A stretch of 64,000 nucleotides of DNA from Patescibacteria group bacterium (GTDB lineage Bacteria > Patescibacteriota > Microgenomatia > UBA1400 > UBA12028). How positions within the stretch are numbered: position 1 is the first letter of the stretch; each line of letters opens with the position of its first letter. Of this stretch, positions 18,801 through 28,789 are shown in pieces. The notes beneath the pieces were generated by a model. That model made no database searches. It saw nothing but the letters and a program-made list of their open reading frames with translations, and was not told the DNA's origin. A program made the position numbers and the translations under genes. The stretch lies in assembly GCA_035479015.1 (NCBI GenBank), contig DATIJC010000002.1, positions 9,777-73,776 on the forward strand. Reading direction: 5' to 3'.

Positions 18801-19833
18801 CAAAAAATAACAGCAGTGCAGCCCAGTAGTAATGTGATGCGAGAACGCCATTCCAAAACGTGTGTGGCGCAATCTGAAGATATGGAAATTGGATATACCA
18901 CAAAATAAAAGACAGTACGCAGGCAGCAGTACGCAGTGAAAAGACATTTTTTCTCAATTCAAAAAAAATAAGAACATATATTGGAAAGAGCATGACGAAA
19001 TAGTGCTGCCATAGAACCGGTGAGAACAAAAAGATTGCCAACACCCACAGCTTCTTACCCTTTTTCAAAAATGCGACTGCTATAAATAAAAGCGAGACTA
19101 AAGATGATAGATATGGAAAAGCAATATGTAACCGGCACAGAGTACTTCGCAGTGACTGGTTGTAGTAATCCAAATTTGATGCACAGGAGTTTGTACTAAA
19201 CAGCGGGATGAATGTATTCCGGACGAAATACTCATACCAACTGATTTTCATAAAGGCAAACGTTAGGACAGTTATCAACAAGCTAAAAAATATAAACTGG
19301 ATGAACACTTTTGGTTTCGATAAGAAAAAAATGCCCAACGGAAAAAAGAAAGTCTTCAGGATCCCCAAACCAACTACGGATAAAACTGACAGTGTTTGAT
19401 TTTCAAACAGCAAAAATACTGTCACCAACAGTGCACCAAGCAGTGCAGGTTGCCCCATCAGTAGACTAAATCGGGTTACAAACGCACTAAAAAGAATAGT
19501 TGCTGACAGCAATATCCATTTCTTACTTAAAAGTAAGCAGATCAAATACCCGGCTGCAATATTTATGATTAAAAATGTCAACTGAGCAGAAGGCAATTTT
19601 AAAAAGGAGAACGGCAGATACAGTAAAAATGTGGACGGTGCACCCAGTGTCGCCGTACTGTTAGTGCTATAGGGATTTTGACCAGCACGGATAGACCCAA
19701 CTAACTGTATGTAGCTATCAAAGTCCTGTAAATTTCTCGAACCGGAAAAAAAATGTAGTCTGGAGATAAGAATCCCCATCACTATCACATGGAGAATAAA
19801 CAACGATACTACGAACCTATTGGCCACTCGCAT
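18760..19833 (-). CDS. GT-C membrane glycosyltransferase (GT87/DUF2029-like)
   Basis: DF..Y, GQNPY, GQ, LK, NQSL and SPVLWQHY motifs in a polytopic protein. Confidence 0.8.
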   Translation of the reverse strand: MRVANRFVVSLFILHVIVMGILISRLHFFSGSRNLQDFDSYIQLVGSIRAGQNPYSTNSTATLGAPSTFLLYLPFSFLKLPSAQLTFLIINIAAGYLICLLLSKKWILLSATILFSAFVTRFSLLMGQPALLGALLVTVFLLFENQTLSVLSVVGLGILKTFFFPLGIFFLSKPKVFIQFIFFSLLITVLTFAFMKISWYEYFVRNTFIPLFSTNSCASNLDYYNQSLRSTLCRLHIAFPYLSSLVSLLFIAVAFLKKGKKLWVLAIFLFSPVLWQHYFVMLFPIYVLIFFELRKNVFSLRTAACVLSFILWYIQFPYLQIAPHTFWNGVLASHYYWAALLLFFVTARMKPRRRRDQ

Positions 19834-19969
19834 ACGTGCTTTTTATTTCCTTTGGGTGTGCGGTTAACCACACACTTATAAAAGCACCTGAGAGTAAAAG
19901 CAAGAGTGAGACCACCGAAGCAATCACAATGAGGTACTCACCTAAGAAATCAACTGGAATCCTCTTCAT
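19817..19969 (-). CDS. Small single-TM protein
   Basis: 50 aa with a hydrophobic core; ATGA overlap with the upstream peptidase stop. Confidence 0.5.
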   Translation of the reverse strand: MKRIPVDFLGEYLIVIASVVSLLLLLSGAFISVWLTAHPKEIKSTYASGQ

Positions 19970-21117
19970 GGCGTACCTACTCCGGTAGGTCCATCGTAAC
20001 CCACTACGCCAGTGCATAACAGGGAACCACCACAACTTCCATTGCTACCACTTATCACATCGTGAAAAGTGATCGCATTGGCGTACAGCGAAGTCCTACT
20101 ATCAGTTGGAACACCGTTAACTCCATACCACCCGGCCACCAGCGGTGCCGCTAGACTTGTGCCACCGACTTGGAACCAGCCTGCGCGACCCTGATAGCGG
20201 ACACTGTCATACACAGCAGCACCTGTGTTGGGATCCGCATCCGCGGAGACATCTGCGACAACTCTGTTTGTGCAAGTGCTAGTCAAGAAATTCTGAAACC
20301 CGGGCTGTGATTCGAATGCACTGCAACCACTTCCAGCTCCATTCCATACCGATTCGCTGCTATATGCGCTACCCGACAAGAATAGGCTAGTTCCACCCAC
20401 AGCAGTCACATAGCGTGAGGCTGCAGGATACTGCACTCCATACCCACTATCACCGCTGCTAAAGAGAAATGCTGTAGTCGTATTATCCTGGAAATGAACA
20501 TCAAAGCTTCCCTCTCCGGAAAATTCACTTGAACCGTAAGAATTTGAGATTACCCGTGCACCCAAATTTTTTGCGGTGTCTACGGCAGTCATGAGATCGC
20601 TGTAGCTGGCGCTATTTGCCTCAACTAAAATAAGCTTGCAAGTCGGACACATCGCATGTGCTACTTCTACGTCCAGTGAAATTTCTAGTGCCCAACCTGG
20701 ATTGCTTTTCGGATAGTTACCCACCTGTCCATTTTGATTCACTTTTAGGAAAGTTGGATCAGGTAAACTAAATTGTCTATCATATGTTGCCAGATCTGAT
20801 GCAATCTTTGGATCATCATATGCATCGACGACAGCAATGATGTTATTTTGTGATCCTACTCCAGCAACTCCATAAGCATTCTGAAATTGAGCTGGCGATA
20901 ATCCACTTGGGATATTTTGGATTGCCGGTTGGCCAGTCCTATCTACCACCACCCGTGCATTACAGCGAACATCTCCAGGTACTGCTGCACCGCAGACAGG
21001 AAGGTGCGACAGACCGAAATCTGAATTACCTGGACCATTTGCTGAAACTGTATGCACAGCAACAGATGATAAGAGAGCAAGTAACAACACCGCAAACAAG
21101 GATTTCAGTTTATTCAT
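19966..21117 (-). CDS. Secreted S53 (sedolisin-like) serine peptidase
   Basis: Signal peptide, EISLDVE, SSGDSG, GGTSLAAP, GYDGPTGVGTP. Start at ATG 21117. Confidence 0.9.
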   Translation of the reverse strand: MNKLKSLFAVLLLALLSSVAVHTVSANGPGNSDFGLSHLPVCGAAVPGDVRCNARVVVDRTGQPAIQNIPSGLSPAQFQNAYGVAGVGSQNNIIAVVDAYDDPKIASDLATYDRQFSLPDPTFLKVNQNGQVGNYPKSNPGWALEISLDVEVAHAMCPTCKLILVEANSASYSDLMTAVDTAKNLGARVISNSYGSSEFSGEGSFDVHFQDNTTTAFLFSSGDSGYGVQYPAASRYVTAVGGTSLFLSGSAYSSESVWNGAGSGCSAFESQPGFQNFLTSTCTNRVVADVSADADPNTGAAVYDSVRYQGRAGWFQVGGTSLAAPLVAGWYGVNGVPTDSRTSLYANAITFHDVISGSNGSCGGSLLCTGVVGYDGPTGVGTP

Positions 21118-21174
21118 ATTATGTTCATTGTATCGAACGTAGTTACAACTAGTCAAATGGAATAGAATGGAGCT

Positions 21175-22935
21175 ATGTTTAAGCTGCCGCTCTTCGTTCT
21201 CAGCTGTGGAATACTCGCACTTGTGAGCACACTTCTTCACAGTGAGCTGATGACAGATTCTATTCTTCTTCTTGGCATTCTTTTGGGCAGTTTTCCGCTA
21301 CTAAAAGATACATGGATCTCACTGACTCATAAAAGCATCGCACTCGATTACATCGCCATCCTTGCTATCATCACCGGACTATTAACACGAGAATTTGCTG
21401 TATCACTTGTCATCGTACTAATGATGAGCAGTGGAAAAGCGCTAGAGGACTATGCCAATGAGCGGGCGCGCTTTGCCCTGAAAGCGCTGGCAAATCGTAT
21501 TCCCCATGCTGTGGAGGTGATCGATGCAAATGGGGATCAGCACACACAACCGATCGAACACGTAGAGATAGGGACACACATATTGGTGCGTAAAGGCGAG
21601 GTTGTTCCACTTGATGGTGTATTAAAAAGTACGGAAGGTTCATTTGATGAATCAAGCCTCACAGGTGAGCCGTATCCCGATGTAAAAAAACAACATGAAG
21701 TTGTCCACAGCGGTACCGTCAACGTCGGTGAGAGTGTTGAGATCATTACGACAGTTCGCGATGCACAGTCTACATATAGAAATATCATCCGCCTCGTCGA
21801 TCAAGCGGAAAAAGAAAAAGCACCTTTTATCCGTTTAGCGGATAAATTAAGCCTAGGTTTCACGCTCATCACCATACTGCTCGCCGCAATCGCCTATATA
21901 ATCTCGCACGATCCTTCACGAATTCTCGCGGTGCTTGTTATCGCAACTCCCTGCCCACTTTTGCTTGCTACACCCATTGCCTTTATAGGTGGCGTGAATC
22001 TCTCTGCCAAAAACCGTATTATTTGCAAACGACTATCGGGATTAGAAGTGTTATCAGCAGTGAAGGCAATTATTTTTGATAAGACAGGCACACTGACTTT
22101 TGGAATCCCGCAGTTGGCTCACATCACCACTCAAGGCAAGTTATCAGAGACCAAAGTCTTGGAAATTGCAGCAGGCATCGAGCGCAACTCACTACATCCT
22201 TTTGCAAAAGCGATTGTTGCTGCTGCCAAAGAGAAAAAAGTAGAAGTTTCGAAGTTCGACTCCGTCCACGAAGAAATTGGAAAGGGCCTTGTCGCCAGTA
22301 TCGGGAACCAAACGTATACGTTGATAAAAGATGGCACAGCCGCAAAACCATCGGTTGTACTTTCGCAAGGCGGTCATCAACTAGCAAGCTTTACCTTCCG
22401 CGAGGAATTGCGCCCGAATGCAATCGCGACGCTTCAAAAACTTGAGTCAGCAGGAAGAAAATTGGTGGTGTGCACAGGAGATAAACTGGCAAACGCGAGA
22501 GAGACATTGCGCAATTTGCCTGAAAGTATCCGCTTGCGGGCCGATTGCACACCAGAAGATAAGCGGGAAGTGATACTTGCCTTCAGGTCAAAAAAAATAA
22601 CGACTGCGATGGTGGGTGACGGGATAAATGACGCACCAGCTCTAGCACTTGCAGACGTTGGTCTCGTGTTTAGTCATGACGAACATACTGCTGCCTCCGA
22701 AGCTGCTGATATTGTGCTCCTCGGCGGAAATATCGGCGATATCGAGAAAGCGATAGGTATTGCCAAACGGACAATGAGAATTGCTAAAGAAAGCATGTAT
22801 GTAGGCGTTGGTCTAAGTATCGCCGGCATGCTGCTCGCCACAACCGGTCACCTTCCTCCAATATACGGGGCCATTGCGCAAGAAGTCATTGATGTTTGTG
22901 TCATCTTAAATGCTCTGCGTGCTTCAAAACTTTAA
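21175..22935 (+). CDS. Heavy-metal P-type ATPase, P1B-5-like
   Basis: LTGE, TPCP, DKTGTLT, SLHP, GDGINDAP, QEVID; no soluble metal-binding domain. Confidence 0.92.
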   Translation: MFKLPLFVLSCGILALVSTLLHSELMTDSILLLGILLGSFPLLKDTWISLTHKSIALDYIAILAIITGLLTREFAVSLVIVLMMSSGKALEDYANERARFALKALANRIPHAVEVIDANGDQHTQPIEHVEIGTHILVRKGEVVPLDGVLKSTEGSFDESSLTGEPYPDVKKQHEVVHSGTVNVGESVEIITTVRDAQSTYRNIIRLVDQAEKEKAPFIRLADKLSLGFTLITILLAAIAYIISHDPSRILAVLVIATPCPLLLATPIAFIGGVNLSAKNRIICKRLSGLEVLSAVKAIIFDKTGTLTFGIPQLAHITTQGKLSETKVLEIAAGIERNSLHPFAKAIVAAAKEKKVEVSKFDSVHEEIGKGLVASIGNQTYTLIKDGTAAKPSVVLSQGGHQLASFTFREELRPNAIATLQKLESAGRKLVVCTGDKLANARETLRNLPESIRLRADCTPEDKREVILAFRSKKITTAMVGDGINDAPALALADVGLVFSHDEHTAASEAADIVLLGGNIGDIEKAIGIAKRTMRIAKESMYVGVGLSIAGMLLATTGHLPPIYGAIAQEVIDVCVILNALRASKL

Positions 22936-23106
22936 TAGACCTAGCACTTTGTAGATTAGTAGTGCTGGCCAGACACAGGCTTTAAAGACTCCGATAATTC
23001 CATCCGTAAGTGATCCCGCATGCTGGACAAAGTACACCAGTGCACCGATGAATCCTAGTCCGTAGACTGCTCCGCCTCCGCCCCGCCAATTTTTGGGATT
23101 TTTCAT
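22924..23106 (-). CDS. Small membrane protein
   Basis: 60 aa, YGLGFIGALVYF..KACVWPA. Confidence 0.7.
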   Translation of the reverse strand: MKNPKNWRGGGGAVYGLGFIGALVYFVQHAGSLTDGIIGVFKACVWPALLIYKVLGLLKF

Positions 23107-23123
23107 ATATAAAAAGTCTAGCA

Positions 23124-23969
23124 CTACTCAAAAACTTTAGCTTGAATGAAGTAATTTGCTAGCTGATCTTCTATCAGATTTACACCCAACTGCGATGGGT
23201 GAATATGATATTGAGGCTCAATATATTTTAGTAAACCACTCCCATTTCTATCCTTTGTCAAATGATAGACATCCACCAACGGTATGTTGTGATCCTTGGC
23301 AAATTTAATATGGTTCTCAATATAGAGGTCCCGTTCAGTAGCCCATTCATTTCGTTGTGCGGGAGTGAGTTTTACTTCTCCCACTCCGTACATCGTGTGT
23401 GACGGAGCTATGGTCGCCAAAAAAACTATTAGACTATTCGGCCGCTCACGCACCAATATTCTCATGGCAGTCTTCAAAGACTCATTGGCTTTGTCTATCC
23501 CTTCTGTGGTTCCCAAATATGAAAGTGGGTTATATCCAAATGATTCAATGACGATAATGTCGAATGATTTGGAGAGTACCGCATCATACAGTGCTCCCGA
23601 CTCTGTACTCTTAGAGAGTAGACGGTCCTGTAAACTAGCGACATTTGATGCCGGCGCACTTTCATTCCGGACAATTAGTCCAACATCTAGGTATTTATCT
23701 TCTATATCTTTGCGAAACAGATCAGTATATGGACCCAGTGCGGCGGTCATAGAGTCGCCCAAAAAAACTACTGTGTAATCATGCTTCTTGGGTAACTTTG
23801 GCGCTGTATATAGCACGAAGGGTAGCTCCGGCTTTGGCGCGGGCGTGACGGATGGTACAGGGATATCAGTTTGGACACTCGGTCCTGGATATGTTCGTGG
23901 CTGTCTGAGTAACAGAACCACCGCAGCCAAACTAACTATGACAATCGTAAGAACGGTGTATCTTCGCAC
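23124..23969 (-). CDS. SGNH/GDSL hydrolase, membrane-anchored
   Basis: FLGDSMT block I, GYN, IHPSQLG block V. Confidence 0.8.
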   Translation of the reverse strand: MRRYTVLTIVIVSLAAVVLLLRQPRTYPGPSVQTDIPVPSVTPAPKPELPFVLYTAPKLPKKHDYTVVFLGDSMTAALGPYTDLFRKDIEDKYLDVGLIVRNESAPASNVASLQDRLLSKSTESGALYDAVLSKSFDIIVIESFGYNPLSYLGTTEGIDKANESLKTAMRILVRERPNSLIVFLATIAPSHTMYGVGEVKLTPAQRNEWATERDLYIENHIKFAKDHNIPLVDVYHLTKDRNGSGLLKYIEPQYHIHPSQLGVNLIEDQLANYFIQAKVFE

Positions 23970-23997
23970 AGAATAAGACTATCATGCTCGATATGCG

Positions 23998-24151
23998 GTT
24001 GCCAGACTTGTGCTCTGATCGGGAACATTTGTTCTCGATCGAGTATTTCCGCTTTGCTCCCTAGATTCGTGCGAGCAGCTAAATTCAAATCTATGACAGG
24101 ATAGAAGAAAATCGAGCAGTGCTCGCCTTTTTCAACATGTTGCCAGACTTG
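23998..24151. mobile_element. 141-bp structured insert bounded by a 13-bp duplication of the tRNA-Gln 3' end
   Basis: GTTGCCAGACTTG at 23998-24010 and 24139-24151, with internal hairpins such as gatcgggaaca/tgttctcgatc. Confidence 0.65.
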
Positions 24152-24210
24152 GATTCGAACCAAGATAATATCCTTCAGAGGGATATGTCCTACCATTAGA
24201 CGATCTGGCA
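24140..24210 (-). tRNA. tRNA-Gln(CTG)
   Basis: TGCCAGA/TCTGGCA acceptor stem, anticodon loop CTCTGAA, GGTTCGAATCC; CCA not encoded. Confidence 0.93.
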
Positions 24211-24558
24211 TCAAATTTTAATTAGACCTGCATGTATTTTTCTGTGGCAATTTGCGCAAACCACAATACATTTGTCTATCTCAGTTTTAATTCTTTCTAT
24301 CCCCCAGCCCTTTTGCCAAAACATTGATACGCTAATTATCTTTGTTTCCTTATTTCGGTGGTGAAAATCAAGACACGCAGTTGTACTTTCACCACAGATT
24401 TCGCAAGACAATGTTGATCTATATTCTTTTAGCCAAGCAGCTATCTTGTCTCTCCTGCCCCAGATTCTCCTCTTTTCCTCTTCAGTATGTTCTTTATAGT
24501 GTCGCTTATTCCAAAGAGTTTTGTATTCTTTCTCTCTTTTTGGATCAGAGTATGGCAT
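24211..24558 (-). CDS. HNH endonuclease (zinc-binding)
   Basis: CEICG..LDFHH..CANCHRKIH; stop codon abuts tRNA-Gln. Confidence 0.88.
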   Translation of the reverse strand: MPYSDPKREKEYKTLWNKRHYKEHTEEEKRRIWGRRDKIAAWLKEYRSTLSCEICGESTTACLDFHHRNKETKIISVSMFWQKGWGIERIKTEIDKCIVVCANCHRKIHAGLIKI

Positions 24559-24668
24559 TAGTCAAGTGTAGTAGGTTCTGGACATTTAATCAATTCCAGA
24601 CACCCGACAATTTACTCTTGATGTTCCGCTCCCACTATTTTACCAGAGAATCTGGTAGTATCGAGGAC

Positions 24669-24935
24669 ATGCCGTTTATCGTCTATATCCTGAGGACTAG
24701 CAGGGACACCCTCTACACCGGACAGACAAATGATCTCAAGAAGCGGATGGAAGAACACCGAAGTAAAACCTCCAAGTCATCCAAGTACATGCGCGCCTTT
24801 GGACCATTTGAGCTTGTTCACAGCGAAGAGTTTGCAACACGCAGTGAAGCTATGCAGCGCGAGGCAGAAATTAAAAAACTGACGAAGATTCAAAAAGAGA
24901 ATTTGATTAGTAACGAAAAATATTTGTTACAATAA
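24669..24935 (+). CDS. GIY-YIG nuclease (UPF0213-like)
   Basis: VYIL..LYTGQTNDL..R..EH..KY..A..RE..IKKL. Start at ATG 24669. Confidence 0.9.
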   Translation: MPFIVYILRTSRDTLYTGQTNDLKKRMEEHRSKTSKSSKYMRAFGPFELVHSEEFATRSEAMQREAEIKKLTKIQKENLISNEKYLLQ

Positions 24936-24938
24936 TGT

Positions 24939-25334
24939 ATGGCAGATAAGGTGGAGAAAGCTCTCATTCTTACTTCAATCGCTGGTGGCGCTCTTGAGAG
25001 CATTGTCTTCTGGCAGTTACTCAAATACGCGTTTGCTTTGACTCCAGACTTACAGATAAATGGGGCACAGATCGCTGCCACAATCATAGGCGGGTTAATC
25101 TTTTATATTGGCCAAGCTGCCAGCGAAGGTTCTCATGGTTTTGGCATGGAATTTTCCACGGGCTTTTTCTTAGGTTCTTCAATTCAAATATCTCATGACA
25201 TAGGTGTGGTATCAGCCGCGTTTCCATACCTACTCACACTTATAACCGGATATGGTCCATTCAAAAGATTTACCGGGAGTTCAGATTTTTTGAACAAAGA
25301 AACTAGCGATGAGTCCGACAACAAAAAGGAGTGA
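24939..25334 (+). CDS. Hypothetical membrane protein
   Basis: 131 aa with several hydrophobic segments, 3 bp after the GIY-YIG gene. Confidence 0.55.
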   Translation: MADKVEKALILTSIAGGALESIVFWQLLKYAFALTPDLQINGAQIAATIIGGLIFYIGQAASEGSHGFGMEFSTGFFLGSSIQISHDIGVVSAAFPYLLTLITGYGPFKRFTGSSDFLNKETSDESDNKKE

Positions 25335-26288
25335 TTGGAATGCGATATTTGGCAGAGAAGTATCTCTATAGGTCGCCGAGAAAATAATACGCAACAGCAA
25401 CGTGTGACAGAGATAAATAAGATACGACTGCTCTCCCAAAAACTCTAAAACATGCCTTACAGTACTTTGAATTTTCAGCAACTGTGCTCGCACTGCGATA
25501 GACACTCCTATAAATCCCGACGCATACAAAACTATTGGGAAACGTGTAAAACGCAGAGCATTAATCGTGTCGTATCCTCTGCCAACTAGTACGAATCCAC
25601 TGATGACACACAGAGTCAAACCAACCAAAGTTTTCAAGCCAAAAAAACCAATGTGAAACTTAGGCATACCCTTCTCCAATGAAAGTCGCATTCCCAAGCC
25701 AAAGTAAAAAATCCAACTAAAAGAAAAGAGGTACTGGTAATTATTACGCAAGGCAGCTATCCATCCACCAGCTCCTGCCATAAATGGCGAATACAAAAAT
25801 AGCGTGACGAGTTGAACTATTAAGAGACATATAAGAAACAGATTTTTATTTTTTAACATGCCAAAACGAAGTATCGGAAATAATAGATAGAGTTGAATAA
25901 TCATTGGCACAAAGTAGAGTTGATAGTCGCCGTAGCCAAGTAACAATTTGTTTAACAAATCAAAATGAAGCGTATGACCAATTGCAACACTGAGCACTAC
26001 AGTCCACAAAATATAGAGCGGCAGCAAACGCATTACTCGGCGCCAAAAAAATGAACTGAGAGTAAGTTTGTCCGCGTACTTACTCATCAGCGCATACCCT
26101 GAGAGCGCGATAAACAGTGGCACACAAAACCGGGCAGCCTGATCAGCGACCACCAACCAGAAATTACCTGTATATATGGTGGCGTACAGATTATGGACGC
26201 TAGATAGTGTATGAAGGAAGATAACACCCAGGATCGCAATGCCTTTTAAAATTGTCGTTGTGCGAATGTCATCTTTGAGCGCTAGCAT
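25281..26288 (-). CDS. Acyltransferase family 3 (surface polysaccharide O-acyltransferase)
   Basis: KGIAILGVIFLH, VPLFIALSG, RR..RLLP, YQLYFV, SYLIYLCH. Confidence 0.88.
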   Translation of the reverse strand: MLALKDDIRTTTILKGIAILGVIFLHTLSSVHNLYATIYTGNFWLVVADQAARFCVPLFIALSGYALMSKYADKLTLSSFFWRRVMRLLPLYILWTVVLSVAIGHTLHFDLLNKLLLGYGDYQLYFVPMIIQLYLLFPILRFGMLKNKNLFLICLLIVQLVTLFLYSPFMAGAGGWIAALRNNYQYLFSFSWIFYFGLGMRLSLEKGMPKFHIGFFGLKTLVGLTLCVISGFVLVGRGYDTINALRFTRFPIVLYASGFIGVSIAVRAQLLKIQSTVRHVLEFLGEQSYLIYLCHTLLLRIIFSATYRDTSLPNIAFQSLLFVVGLIASFFVQKI

Positions 26289-27667
26289 AATGTGATTGCA
26301 GCCTTCACACGGGATAGTGTCAATTGTTTACCCAACACTCTAATCGTGTCAAATAAAGGGGGTGAAACTGTCCTACCTGTGACCGCCACGCGAAGCGTAG
26401 TAAAGAAGGCACCACGGTTCCAGCCTTTGCTATCTACCATCGCCAGCATCTCAGTTTCTTCAAAAGATTTTTCTAATGTACTCAGAGCTGCTTCTAAATA
26501 CTTTTTGGCTTCACTCATACTGGATTTTTTACCCATCAATTCTTCTACAGTTGGATGAATATCATGGTAGAAAAATTCGGTCAGCGGACCGATATCATGC
26601 AGCGTCACGAGACGCTCACGTACCAGTGGCAAAATCTTTGGCAATAAATCCTGAGGAAAGTCATCTGGTAAAAATGGAAAGAGGGCGGTCTCTACTTCAT
26701 CTGTCTTCAATACCTCACGGATATACTTCCCATTCATCCAGTCCAATTTTTTGACATCAAAGATCGGCCCAGTAGTTTGCATCCTGGAAAATGAAAACAC
26801 CTTGATAAATTCCTGCAGTGCAAAGATATCTTTTTCATCTGGATGCGACCAACCCATGAGACACAAATAGTTTCTAAGAGCCTGCGGCAGATACCCTTTC
26901 TCTTTATAGCTTGGGATCGAAACATCATTCTTGCGCTTACTCATTTTGGTTTTGTCCACGTTGCGCAACAGTGGCATGTGCGCAAATACAGGCAGCTGCC
27001 AACCAAAGTAGCGATAGAGCAAAATGTGTTTGGGTGTGCTGCTAATCCACTCTTCTCCACGGATAACGTGAGAGATTTGCATTCGGTTGTCGTCCACCAC
27101 AACAGCTAGATGATATGTCGGAAATCCATCCGACTTCATCAGGACCTGATCATCCAGTTCTTTGGTGTTTATCGAAATAGTGCCACGAACGAGATCATCC
27201 CAACTGATCATCTCATTATCTGGCATTTTCATACGGATCACGTGGCGCTCCCCACTATCGAGCCTCTTCTGGACCTCTTCTTTTGGTAGATGCGTACATA
27301 AGCGGTCATAGCGAGGAATTTCTTTGCGGGCTTGTTGTTCTTTACGCATAGTTTCCAAGCGCTCGGGCGTGCAGAAACAGTAGTAGGCGTGACCTTTTTG
27401 AATAAGTGTCTGCACGGCAGCACTGTAATCTTCTAAATGCTCGGACTGCCGAAAAGTTTTGGTATACGGGATCTCAAGCCAGTCGAGTGAATCATAGATC
27501 ACTTGTTCTGCACCTTCCACGAAGCGTGCCCTATCCGTATCTTCTATGCGAACTAAAAATTCACCATCATTCTGACGCGCAAACGCGTAATTAAATAGTG
27601 CCATGTAGGCAGTGCCGATATGCGCAATACCGGTCGGAGATGGAGCAATTCTAGTTCGTACAGTCAT
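26282..27667 (-). CDS. gltX: Glutamate--tRNA ligase
   Basis: APSPTG..HIGT, RIEDTD, VIRGEEW, KMSKR. Confidence 0.97.
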   Translation of the reverse strand: MTVRTRIAPSPTGIAHIGTAYMALFNYAFARQNDGEFLVRIEDTDRARFVEGAEQVIYDSLDWLEIPYTKTFRQSEHLEDYSAAVQTLIQKGHAYYCFCTPERLETMRKEQQARKEIPRYDRLCTHLPKEEVQKRLDSGERHVIRMKMPDNEMISWDDLVRGTISINTKELDDQVLMKSDGFPTYHLAVVVDDNRMQISHVIRGEEWISSTPKHILLYRYFGWQLPVFAHMPLLRNVDKTKMSKRKNDVSIPSYKEKGYLPQALRNYLCLMGWSHPDEKDIFALQEFIKVFSFSRMQTTGPIFDVKKLDWMNGKYIREVLKTDEVETALFPFLPDDFPQDLLPKILPLVRERLVTLHDIGPLTEFFYHDIHPTVEELMGKKSSMSEAKKYLEAALSTLEKSFEETEMLAMVDSKGWNRGAFFTTLRVAVTGRTVSPPLFDTIRVLGKQLTLSRVKAAITLC

Positions 27668-27705
27668 CGGATGATTATACCTCGAATTCTTGTATACTAT
27701 TTACT

Positions 27706-28782
27706 ATGCCCGCAGCGAAACCAGCTTCACCACTTACACTCACTCAAGTTGCTTCATTCATGCGGAAGTTCATAGCGATCGCAGGTGTAACTCTTGCGGT
27801 GATGATAGTCGGCCGTGTGTTCTTAGAAAGCGCAGTAGGATATTGGAAGGCTACTCACCCCGCACCACCGCCTCCACCTACTGCTGTCTTTGGTTTATTA
27901 CCTAGGCTGAAGTTTCCGACAAGCGTCGGAACTGCGACCTCGCTCAAGTTGGAAATCCCTCCCTCCAGACTCCGACCTGTGTCTGACCGCGCAACGGTGT
28001 ACTTTATCCGCTCTAAACGTCCAAGCTTACTAGCCTTGGACAAAGCCAAAGAGCAAGCCGCTACGCTGGGATTTTTATTTGAACCTGATCGCATAGATAC
28101 ACAGACGTATAGATGGAGGAGGACACAGCCGCTGACGTCAGTCCTTGATTACGACATTATTACAGGAATGTTTACCATGAGCTTAGATTGGCAGTCAGAT
28201 CCAAATTTCCTGCAAAATAGTAAACTTCCTATTGAAGATGAAGCTATCTTGAATGTTCGAAGCAGCCTATCGACAGCCGGCCTCCTTGAAAAAGACATCG
28301 CAACGGGCAGCGCACAAGTTTCATACCTTAAATCATCCGGTGGCACATACGAACCCACTGTGAGTTTCTCTGAAGCAGACTTCCTGCAAATAGATCTCTA
28401 CCGCACTCCGGTGAATGGTCAATATCAAGTAGTCACGGAGGAACCAGGTCACGGAACAATACGTGCAATCATTACAGGTTCAAGTGATAAATCTAATTTC
28501 TTTGCCAAATTGGAATACTATTATTTGCCAATCGAGTACGGAATATCTGCTACATATCCCATTATCACCCCCACCAGAGCGTTTCAATTACTATCTGAGG
28601 GGTCAGGATATACTGCCGCGATGCCTACCACAGGCAAAGATGTGATCGTGCGCAATATAAATCTTGCATACTATGATTCAAAAGCCGAACAGCAATACCT
28701 TCAGCCGGTCTATGTCTTAACTGGAGACGGGGGATATGTAGGGTACGTTAGTGCAATTGACCCGCGATACGTAGTACAATAA
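27706..28782 (+). CDS. Hypothetical membrane-anchored protein
   Basis: N-terminal TM helix, poly-Pro linker, C-terminal LAYY..YLQPVY motif. Confidence 0.75.
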   Translation: MPAAKPASPLTLTQVASFMRKFIAIAGVTLAVMIVGRVFLESAVGYWKATHPAPPPPPTAVFGLLPRLKFPTSVGTATSLKLEIPPSRLRPVSDRATVYFIRSKRPSLLALDKAKEQAATLGFLFEPDRIDTQTYRWRRTQPLTSVLDYDIITGMFTMSLDWQSDPNFLQNSKLPIEDEAILNVRSSLSTAGLLEKDIATGSAQVSYLKSSGGTYEPTVSFSEADFLQIDLYRTPVNGQYQVVTEEPGHGTIRAIITGSSDKSNFFAKLEYYYLPIEYGISATYPIITPTRAFQLLSEGSGYTAAMPTTGKDVIVRNINLAYYDSKAEQQYLQPVYVLTGDGGYVGYVSAIDPRYVVQ

Positions 28783-28789
28783 AACAATT

